From positions 2,784,001 through 2,848,000 of the forward strand of contig CBDCXR010000004.1 in assembly GCA_965223845.1 (NCBI GenBank): 64,000 nucleotides of DNA, written 5' to 3'. Both the position numbers and the translations under genes were made by a program. Under the pieces are notes generated by a model, which was not told where the DNA came from, made no database searches, and worked only from the letters and a program-made list of their open reading frames with translations. The DNA comes from Planctomycetota bacterium. GTDB lineage: Bacteria > Planctomycetota > UBA8108 > SXIK01. This document shows positions 56,079-64,000 of the stretch, in pieces (within the stretch, counting starts at the first letter, position 1; each line of letters starts with the position of its first letter).

Positions 56079-58835
56079 ATGACGCGACGCAACTCGAGCC
56101 TATCCTCAGCGAGAACCACCGCCGTGCTCGCGGCCATCCTTCTCGCCGCCCACGCGGGAACGATGTCCGCGCAACCGACGGATCTCGTCTTGAGCGAGAT
56201 CGATCCGGCCGGCGACGTTCAATGGGTCGAGCTCTTCAACCAGAGCGCCGACGAGACGGTGACACTCGCCGGCTACTCGATCCAAATCTTCGACATCGAT
56301 GGCGCGAGGAGCGCTGTCAGCACGCTCCCGGAAACGGTCGCGGTCGCACCCGGCGGGCACGCGCTTGTCTACCTCGAAGGGAGCTGCGCCTCGACGCCTC
56401 CGGTCCCGAACGCGATCTGCCACCCGTTTCTCGGCAAGGGGCGCTGCCTCTTCGATATGGATCGCGACGGCGGGCTCGTCTCGCTCGTCTGGGATCCGCT
56501 CGCGACCGAGGTCGACCGCGTTCGTTATCCCCCGCTTCCGAAGGACTCGACGTACGCACGCGTCGAGAACACATGGTGCGTCGCGGCCGGCAGAACCCCC
56601 GGAACCGCGAACGAGAGCGCCGACGGGGTGTGTTGGCCGACGGGCGCCGTCCGACTCGGTGAAGTCTCGACGGCGGAAGACCTCGGCGTTCCGGATCAGT
56701 GTCTCTTCCAGACTTGTCCGGACTGGGTCGAGCTCGTCTACGACGGACCGGAGGACGAGATCATCGATCTTCGCCTCTACACCATCGAGACGCGGACCGG
56801 TTCGACGTACCGGTTTCACGACGCGTTTCGGTTCGGTGACGAACCCGCACCCGTTCTGAGCGCCGAACGTCCCCGAGCGGTGATCATCTTCTCGACCGGC
56901 CCGCGCGATCCGAGCTGGCCAACGACGTTCTTTCACGCCGAGATCGAGCTTCAGGCCTCGGGCGACAGTCTCCGGCTGTCGCGCGATGACGAATGGGACG
57001 CGGTGACGATCCCGCGGCTCCTTCCGGGCGAATGCTACTCGCGTCTCGAGTCGGACGAGTGGCAGATCACCTCCCAGTGCACTCCGAACGAGCCCAATCC
57101 CATCGCGGACGCACTCACCCGGAACCATCCGCCTTCCGCGGAGATCATCGATCGATTCCCGCTCCGCGTCGTTCCCAGCACGGCCGACGCCCCCGTCCGC
57201 ATCGAGGTGTTCGCTGAGGTCGTGGATCCGGACGACGACCTCCAGCGCGTCGAGCTCGAGCTCATCACCCCGGATTCGCTCCGCACGTCGTTTCCGATGC
57301 GTTCGGGAAAACTCGTCTCCTGCCGGCGATCGAGCAATGACAGCCGCGTCTTCGTCGGTGAGTTCGACGCGCCGCTCGACGCGGAGCTCGATCTCGCGGT
57401 GCGTGTCATCGCGAGCGATCGCCGCGGCAATCAGATCACGAGTGCGCCTCACGCGTTTTTCGTCCAGGATCCCGACTGGCGCGCGCCGGACCGAAATCCG
57501 ACGGACGCGATCCGGATCAACGAAGTCGCCGCGCACGAACCGTCCGGGCCGGGCGATTGGGTCGAGCTCCACAACACCGCGAATCAGACGGTCCTCGTCG
57601 GCTCGCTTTTTCTAACGAACGACATCCGCCGACTGCGCGGCGTGCGCCTCCCGAGCGGTCTCCTCATGCGTGCGGGACAGTACCTCCGCGTGTGGTGCGA
57701 CAATCGGTCGATCGCGTCCGACGCGAACGGGGAACCGCATCTTCCCTTTGAGCTCGAGCCCTGCCGAGATGAGATCGTGCTCCTCCACACCGACGGCAAG
57801 CACGTCATCGATTCTCTCCGCTTCCACGAAGAGAAGGCGGACATCACCCTCGGCCGATTGCCGAGCGAGCATACGCTCCCCGAAGCAGAACACTTTGGCC
57901 TGATGACGCCGACGCCCAACCAGCCGAACGTCACGCAAGCCTGTTTTCAGCTCCGCGAGTTCGATCTCGGACCGCGCCCGGTGATCAACGAAATCCTCGT
58001 CGACAACTGGGAGACGATCGGCGACGCCGGCGATGAGTTCGGCGACTGGATCGAGCTCTACAATCCCTACGACAGCCCCGTCGATCTCACCGGTTGGGGT
58101 CTCCGCGACGGCGATGGCGCCGAGAATTTCGAGGATCCGTGGCTCTTTCCGCCCGGGATCGTGCTCGAGCCGGGGTGCTTTCTCACCGTGTGGTGCGACA
58201 ACGACGAGCAGTGCGAAAACAATCTCGACGTCGCGACGGCCTGCTCGGACGAACCGATCGGCGAGCTCCACACGACGTTCGAGCTCAATCGACTGCGCGA
58301 AATGGTCCAGCTCGTCGATCCTTGCTCGCGCGTCGTCGAGTGCATCACTCTCAAGTTCCAAACACGCGACGTCGCCCTCGGTCGTATTCCCGACGGCGGC
58401 GCGCAGATGGAGTTCCTGGTGCCGACCCCCGCGGGACCGAATCTCTCCCTCGACGGTGCGATCGCACCCATGGAGTGCGGTCTCACCAACGGCCCGCCGG
58501 ACGACTTCCCCACCGATGTCACGTGTGGTGTGCTGGGCCCGCCGACCGACTGCGCAGTGACGTTTCGTCGCGGCGATTCCGACCAGAGCTGCTCGGTGAA
58601 TCTCGCGGACGCCGTGTTCACGCTGGAGGCTCTGTTCGTCCGTGCGATCCCGCTTCCCTGCCCGGACGCGGCCGACGCGGACGACACGGGTTCGATCTCG
58701 ATCACCGACCCGATCTGGACGCTCAACTATCTCTTCGGTACGGGAGATCCGCCGCCGTCTCCCGGCCCGCACCGACCGGGCGCCGATCCGACGGAGGACG
58801 ACCTCGGCGCCTGCGGCCAAGCTCCGTGCAACTGA
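56079..58835 (+). CDS. Secreted lamin-tail-domain repeat protein with C-terminal dockerin-like domain
   Basis: Signal peptide; four (I/L)(N/S/G)E...W(V/I)EL...TP units; FRRGDSD...CPDAADADDTG...DPTEDDL. Confidence 0.82.
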   Translation: MTRRNSSLSSARTTAVLAAILLAAHAGTMSAQPTDLVLSEIDPAGDVQWVELFNQSADETVTLAGYSIQIFDIDGARSAVSTLPETVAVAPGGHALVYLEGSCASTPPVPNAICHPFLGKGRCLFDMDRDGGLVSLVWDPLATEVDRVRYPPLPKDSTYARVENTWCVAAGRTPGTANESADGVCWPTGAVRLGEVSTAEDLGVPDQCLFQTCPDWVELVYDGPEDEIIDLRLYTIETRTGSTYRFHDAFRFGDEPAPVLSAERPRAVIIFSTGPRDPSWPTTFFHAEIELQASGDSLRLSRDDEWDAVTIPRLLPGECYSRLESDEWQITSQCTPNEPNPIADALTRNHPPSAEIIDRFPLRVVPSTADAPVRIEVFAEVVDPDDDLQRVELELITPDSLRTSFPMRSGKLVSCRRSSNDSRVFVGEFDAPLDAELDLAVRVIASDRRGNQITSAPHAFFVQDPDWRAPDRNPTDAIRINEVAAHEPSGPGDWVELHNTANQTVLVGSLFLTNDIRRLRGVRLPSGLLMRAGQYLRVWCDNRSIASDANGEPHLPFELEPCRDEIVLLHTDGKHVIDSLRFHEEKADITLGRLPSEHTLPEAEHFGLMTPTPNQPNVTQACFQLREFDLGPRPVINEILVDNWETIGDAGDEFGDWIELYNPYDSPVDLTGWGLRDGDGAENFEDPWLFPPGIVLEPGCFLTVWCDNDEQCENNLDVATACSDEPIGELHTTFELNRLREMVQLVDPCSRVVECITLKFQTRDVALGRIPDGGAQMEFLVPTPAGPNLSLDGAIAPMECGLTNGPPDDFPTDVTCGVLGPPTDCAVTFRRGDSDQSCSVNLADAVFTLEALFVRAIPLPCPDAADADDTGSISITDPIWTLNYLFGTGDPPPSPGPHRPGADPTEDDLGACGQAPCN

Positions 58836-58891
58836 CGCGCGGAAACGACGACAACGGTCGCCGGCCCCCGACCGTCCCATCGAGCTCGAGC

Positions 58892-61789
58892 ATGTCCAAC
58901 CCCGATCCCAACGAAACCGATCCCGCCACCGAGCCGGCCGGCGCCGAACCGCGTCCGCCGCTCGACGCATCGGCGGCGTCGCGTCTCTTCAGCGACATGT
59001 TCCGGGCGCTCGACGATTCCGACGCGACGCTCTCGTTCGAAGTCGATCCGCCGTCGAGACGCCTCGGTCGCCGACTCGCCGAACGCGAGGACGACTATCG
59101 CTCCTACCTCGAGCGACGAGTGGAATCGCTGCGGGACCAACTGCTCGGCGCACGTGTAGGGAGCTGCGACATCCTGGAGGAGATCGGTCGCGGCGGAATG
59201 GGAATCGTGTTCAAGGCGCGCCAGGAATCGCCGATGTTCACGCGTGAGATCGCGATGAAGTTCATGCTGTCGAACCCCGACGCGCGGAGCGACGATCGCG
59301 AACGCTTCATGAACGAAGTGAAGGGTCTCGCGCGGCTGAGCCATCCCTCGCTCGTACCGCTCTTTGACTCGGGGATTGAACGAGATCTCTACTACTTCTC
59401 GATGGAGCTCGTCGACGGTCACGCTCTCACAGACCGAGACGCGCTCGAGCCGCTGTCGCTCGACGATCGCCTCCGCATCGTCCGAGACATCGCCCTCGCC
59501 CTCGAGTACCTCCACACGGAAGGAGTGATCCACCGGGACGTGAAGCCCGGGAACATCATGATCGATCGGAGCGGGAACGCGCGACTCCTCGATTTCGGGA
59601 TCGCGCAGTTCTCGACCGAGGCGCGACGCCGCGTCGCCCAAGCGGGATCTCCGTTCTACATGGCGCCCGAGGTGATCGACCCGCGAGGATCGTACGGTCC
59701 GATCGGTCCCGGCACGGACATCTACGCGCTCGGCGCCGTCCTCTACCGACTTCTCGTCGGACGCGAAGTCTTCGGCGGTGACGGTGATATCTCGCGCATC
59801 TTTGCGGACACTCTGTCGGCGCCCCCGGAGTTTCCGCAGGAGCGCTCGAAGCGCATTCCGGCCGGCGTCGAAACGATCATCCGACGCTGCCTGCGAAAGC
59901 GCGTCGACGAACGCTACGCGAGCGCCGCGGAGCTCGCCGACGACATCGCTGCGTTTCTCGACCGCGGTCGGCAGCGGCCGGCGCGCCGCCTCACCGCCGC
60001 CACTCTCGTTCTCGGTTGCGCGACCGTGCTCGGCGTGACGCTCCAGCACGGCGAATCCGACGGTCGCGCGCCGCGAGAAAACGCTCCCGATCCCGCGGCG
60101 ATCGTTCGCAGCGAGCTCGACGAGATCCAGCTCGACGATCTTCTCGGCGCCCACCTAAGCGAGGAGGATCTCGCCGCCGTCGAGCAGCGGTTCGGCGCGA
60201 CGCGCGAAGCGATCCTCGCCGTCGAAGGGCCGGAAGCTCTCTCCGCCTACCGGCGCGCGATCGACCAGTTTTGGGCCGACGAGGTGGACCGCGCGCGGGA
60301 TCGAGCCGAAGCGGCCCGCGCGAAAGCGAAAGAAGAAGGTGCAGACCTCGTCGAGAGCTCAGCCGCCGAGTGGAAATCGGGGGCTACGCTGCTCGCGAAC
60401 GCGTCGCATCGCGGTTGGCGCGACGACGTCGCGCTCCTTCAGGTGGTTCGCGCCGAGGCATCGTTTCGCGCCGCGACGGACGAGGCGCGACGGCAGATCG
60501 AACGGGAGCGGGAAGAGCGCGCGGCGTCTCGGGCCGAAGCGGCCGCTCTGCGCTCGCAGGGTCGCGTGAACGCGGACCTTCTTCGCTTCTCGCCCGAGGC
60601 AGAGTCGACGTTCGCCGACGCGGAACGGGCGCTCGAGGAAGGCCAGGCCGCCGCTCGCCGAGGGAGCAGCGAAGAGGCGGTGAAGCTCTTCGTGCGCGCA
60701 GAGGGAGCTTACGACGCCGCGAGCGATCTCGGTGTCGCCGCGGAGCGACGGTTTCGGACGGAACGCTCCGCGCTCGCAGAGCGGCTCTTCCGCTGGACTT
60801 CGGCCGTCCGCCGCGCGCGCGAGCACCTCTCGCTCAACTTCGAGGCGCGACTCGAAGAGTTCGACCGCGAGGAGAAGGGCATGCTCGAATTGTCGGATCA
60901 GCTCGATTCGACGCCGCGTGCGGATCTCCTCACCGAGCTCGCGACGCGCGTAAGTGACGCCGAAGAGGCGCTCGGCGAAGCGAAGAGCACCCTCGCCCGT
61001 TTGCGCGAAGAAGCGGACGCGGCGCGCACACGAAACGAACATGATTCCCGTTTTTCGGCTCGGTACCCCGCCGAGCCCGCGATCGCCCGCGAGCATCTTC
61101 GCCGCGCGCGGAGCGCACGCACCCAGTCCGAGGAGTACTGGAGCGCGGGGGCGTTTCGACGCTCGCTCGCGTCGGCGGCGCTCGCGCGCTCGAGTCTCGA
61201 TGAAGCGTGGAGGCTCCGAGCGACCGCGCTCGAAGGAATGATCTGGATCGACGGCGGAGAGAGCGGCGGACAACGCATCGACGGATTTTGGATCGACGCC
61301 GCTGAGGTCACCGTGGCCGACGTGCTCGCTTGGATCGAGCGCGAACCGACCGGGGCGGAGGGCCGGTCTCCCCGAGGCTGGAAGGAGCAAACCGGAACGC
61401 CGAGGCGGCCGGTCGTCGGAGTTCCGTACGAATACGCCCTCGCCTTCGCCGCGGCACACGGGAAATCGCTCCCCACGCTGCGCGAGTGGCGCCGGGCGGT
61501 GGGAGTCTGGGGACCGACTGAGCCCTGGCGCGATCGCCTCGTCGCGGTTCGCCCCGCACGCCGGCCCAAGCGATGCGTGTTCCTGATCGGGAACGCCGCC
61601 GAATGGGTTCGGCCGGAGGACGGACGCAGCGAGCCGCGCCTCGTCGGAGGCAGTTACCTCACTGCCGAGCGTCGATTCCTGCGCGCGGACGATCCCGGCG
61701 TGCCCGCAAGCGAGGTGACGGACGCAACACTGCGCGCGGTCGCCGGGTTTCGCTGCCTGCTCCGGCCCGCCGAGGAGACGGCGCCGTGA
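58892..61789 (+). CDS. Ser/Thr protein kinase with helical region and C-terminal FGE-sulfatase-like domain
   Basis: IGRGGMGIVF, AMK, HRDVKPGN, DFG, YMAPE, DIYALG; probable TM helix; FWIDAAEVT, LPTLREW, GNAAEW, GGSY, GFRC. Confidence 0.9.
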   Translation: MSNPDPNETDPATEPAGAEPRPPLDASAASRLFSDMFRALDDSDATLSFEVDPPSRRLGRRLAEREDDYRSYLERRVESLRDQLLGARVGSCDILEEIGRGGMGIVFKARQESPMFTREIAMKFMLSNPDARSDDRERFMNEVKGLARLSHPSLVPLFDSGIERDLYYFSMELVDGHALTDRDALEPLSLDDRLRIVRDIALALEYLHTEGVIHRDVKPGNIMIDRSGNARLLDFGIAQFSTEARRRVAQAGSPFYMAPEVIDPRGSYGPIGPGTDIYALGAVLYRLLVGREVFGGDGDISRIFADTLSAPPEFPQERSKRIPAGVETIIRRCLRKRVDERYASAAELADDIAAFLDRGRQRPARRLTAATLVLGCATVLGVTLQHGESDGRAPRENAPDPAAIVRSELDEIQLDDLLGAHLSEEDLAAVEQRFGATREAILAVEGPEALSAYRRAIDQFWADEVDRARDRAEAARAKAKEEGADLVESSAAEWKSGATLLANASHRGWRDDVALLQVVRAEASFRAATDEARRQIEREREERAASRAEAAALRSQGRVNADLLRFSPEAESTFADAERALEEGQAAARRGSSEEAVKLFVRAEGAYDAASDLGVAAERRFRTERSALAERLFRWTSAVRRAREHLSLNFEARLEEFDREEKGMLELSDQLDSTPRADLLTELATRVSDAEEALGEAKSTLARLREEADAARTRNEHDSRFSARYPAEPAIAREHLRRARSARTQSEEYWSAGAFRRSLASAALARSSLDEAWRLRATALEGMIWIDGGESGGQRIDGFWIDAAEVTVADVLAWIEREPTGAEGRSPRGWKEQTGTPRRPVVGVPYEYALAFAAAHGKSLPTLREWRRAVGVWGPTEPWRDRLVAVRPARRPKRCVFLIGNAAEWVRPEDGRSEPRLVGGSYLTAERRFLRADDPGVPASEVTDATLRAVAGFRCLLRPAEETAP

Positions 61790-62850
61790 ATCGATGGCCG
61801 CTCGCCGCGATCAGTCTCGCTGTTGCGTGCGGCTGCGGCGCGGTTCCCGAGTACGAGCTCGACGGTGATCGCCGCGACGCGCCGCTTCCCTACTCGGTCT
61901 ACGTCTATATCGAATCGGCACCGGCGGACGACGATCCGCAGGCGACGACGCGGGATCTCCCGCTCAACCCCACGCGTCTCTCGGATCGAATTCTAGCGGC
62001 GCAAGACGAGCTCAATCTCGTCGCCTCGCTCACGGTCGCGCCGCCGGAGGTCGCGACGCTCGAATCCGCGCGCGTCGACGCACTTCGCGTGGGCGCCGAC
62101 GTGTTCCTCCGCTGGGAATCGCCACAGCCGGCCGCGTACCGTTTCTCGCATCGGAGTGCGTGGTTCCTTCCGAACACGGCGCTCTGGTTCATCGCCGGAT
62201 TTCCGAGCTTTTGGGTGCGAGATCGCATCTACGAAATCGAATGGCGGGGCGAGTGGGTCCTCGAGTCCCTCCTGAGCGGCCGCGAGGAGCGGGCCGCGAG
62301 GGAGCTCAGCGCGGAAGTCCCGCTCCACCTTTCGGAGCGAGGATTCAGCGCCGCGGCGCTCTACACGCCGCCCGGCTTCTACGAGGGTCCGGACGTCGGA
62401 CGCCTTCTCGCACCGGTGGCCGAGTCGTGGCTGACGCGTGAGCTCGCGACCGCTCTCCGCGATACGCTCGAGCGGGCCGGAGGAAATGCGGGAATCGAAG
62501 TCCAGCTCGCACGAAACGGAGACCGCTTCGAGCTCGCGATCGCGAGCTCGAGCCCTCTCCGCCGGCTCCGCCTCGACGAAGCCGGCCGGACACTCGCGGA
62601 GTGGGACGCGATCAACATGCCGCGACCAAAGACGAGTGGAGGTGACGGCTCGCGCCGCTACTCCCTCCGGATCGATGCGCAGAAACTCGCCGCGGCCACC
62701 GCCGCAGGCGGCCGGAGAGCAACCGCGCGCGTCCGCTGGGATACCTCGCGGACGTTTCGGCTGCGGCTGAACGGCGGGCGCGATCTTCTCCTCCGCGTTC
62801 TCGCCGCGCGCACGCGCGGGAGAGCGGCCGCTGGCGGTGGGCGGAACTGA
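61786..62850 (+). CDS. Hypothetical lipoprotein
   Basis: GTG overlaps the kinase stop (GTGA); MNRWPLAAISLAVACGC lipobox-like start. Confidence 0.65.
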   Translation: MNRWPLAAISLAVACGCGAVPEYELDGDRRDAPLPYSVYVYIESAPADDDPQATTRDLPLNPTRLSDRILAAQDELNLVASLTVAPPEVATLESARVDALRVGADVFLRWESPQPAAYRFSHRSAWFLPNTALWFIAGFPSFWVRDRIYEIEWRGEWVLESLLSGREERAARELSAEVPLHLSERGFSAAALYTPPGFYEGPDVGRLLAPVAESWLTRELATALRDTLERAGGNAGIEVQLARNGDRFELAIASSSPLRRLRLDEAGRTLAEWDAINMPRPKTSGGDGSRRYSLRIDAQKLAAATAAGGRRATARVRWDTSRTFRLRLNGGRDLLLRVLAARTRGRAAAGGGRN

Positions 62851-62868
62851 TTGGCCGTACCGATACCG

Positions 62869-63020
62869 TTTCGGCCGTACCGGTACCGCGTTCGTTTCGC
62901 GATGACCGCGGCTCTTCTTGAAATTAGTAGTTATAACGAACTATTTCGGCCGTACCGGTACCGCGTTCGTTTCGCGATGACCGCGGCTCTTCTTGAAATT
63001 AGTAGTTATAACGAACTATT
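62869..63020. repeat. Perfect 75-bp tandem duplication with internal palindromes
   Basis: 62869-62943 is identical to 62944-63018; contains CGGTACCG and TAGTT-ATAACG-AACTA. A partial copy GGCCGTACCGATACCG lies at 62853-62868. Confidence 0.92.
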
Positions 63021-63197
63021 GTTGAGTTGACCGCCGAGCGCGTTGCGAGTCCGACTCGTGCGCCGCGGCCCAAAATCAACCGAAGTTCGCCGTTCCTATC
63101 AGGTTTTCAAGCGATCGCGAGGATCTCCGGGCAGATCTTCCTCCGCGGGTGCGCCTTGTGTTGGCGCTTCGGCGCTTCGGATTCTGAGAGGTCGACT

Positions 63198-64000
63198 CTA
63201 AGGCGCCGCCGGCACCGCTCCTGAGATCAGCGGCTCGCAGATCTGGCGGTGAAACACCCGCATCCAGTACGTCCCGGCAGGGAAGACCACACCCTTCACG
63301 CCTTCCCGATACTGCTCGAGCGCCGCGCGGTAGCGTGTTCGAAAGTCGACGAGCGCGCGGAGCTCTCCTTGTCTGGGGCAGGGACGCCTCGCCTGAATCG
63401 TCGGCGAGAGCTTCCACCTCTTCTCGTAGCTCTGGGGTGAATCGGTCGGACGTTGACTTCGGGCTCGCCGCGCTCCGAGAAAGCCAGTGCCCGATTGCTC
63501 GATCTCCGCTCGGCACTCGGCCTCTCGCTCTTCGACGGCCCGCTCGACTTCCGCGACAAACTCTGAGAGATTCCGTTCCGCGAAGCATGGCGGTGGCACG
63601 ATCTCGAGCGGAACCTCCTCCGGCATCTGGTCCGAGAAGAACCAATCCGGCTTCTCGGCGTGGATGGTCGTTCCGAACTGCCTCGGCTCGCTCCCGACGC
63701 CCGGCCACTCCCCCGCGTCGGGAACGAGCCCGGACGAGACAGGATTGCAGTACGTGTAGACCAACTGGCGGAGAACGTCCTCGGATTCGACCGCCCGCAC
63801 GCAGTTCGCCCGCGAGCAATCGAAGAGACAGTCGAACCGAGCCCGAAGCGCATTCAAGCAGCGAGCGAGGAGCCCGTTGAACCGATGGAGGAACGGCGAA
63901 AGCTGATAGCCAGGATCCGTGATCACCAGGTGATAGTGATTCGAGAGGGCCACGAACGCGTGGATCTCGACGCCAGTTTCTACCGCCGCGTAGGCGAGGC
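63198..64000 (-). mobile_element. HUH/Y1 transposase, RAYT-like; 5' end off the window
   Basis: EIHAFVALSNHYHLVITD (HUH), YTYCNPVSSGLV (catalytic Tyr helix), WPG, FPAGTYWM. Confidence 0.85.

Noticed and set aside
58094-58891. 266-aa N-terminal extension of the kinase ORF
   Set aside because: It overlaps the LTD/dockerin gene in another frame; ATG 58892 is preferred.
62869-63020. CRISPR array
   Set aside because: Two abutting 75-bp units with no spacers, and no cas genes in the window.

Overview
High-GC bacterial window, probably Planctomycetota (inferred from dockerin-like C-terminal domains, PQQ-type propellers with EF-hands, a HEAT-VWA protein and a planctomycete-type ECF sigma). The left half is a respiratory cluster. 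It holds fadI-fadJ, a beta-carbonic anhydrase, an intact 11-subunit complex I operon (nuoABCDHIJKLMN, no nuoEFG), nadA and a divergent Na+-NQR operon (nqrABCDEF-apbE-nqrM). Directly after nqrM lies a second, very divergent set of complex I homologues: NuoB-like, a NuoCD fusion, a NuoH-like protein with a probable NuoL tail, and a NuoM-like protein. Their frames are open and stop/start-coupled, but they have lost the quinone-site and proton-pumping residues. The canonical NuoL has a 26-residue duplication of its lateral helix, a signature of complexes with two NuoM subunits, although its operon has only one nuoM. The right half encodes secreted propeller and dockerin proteins and a REP-flanked cassette with a microsatellite. 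It also holds trxA-iscU-like-tyrS followed by a CysRS paralogue lacking HIGH/KMSKS, a DsbD with an in-frame UGA (UxxC) plus a SECIS-like hairpin (probable selenoprotein), an ECF/Ser-Thr kinase locus, and a RAYT-like transposase beside a 75-bp tandem duplication. No rRNA, tRNA or CRISPR array was seen. All homology calls are motif recognition by eye, not database searches.
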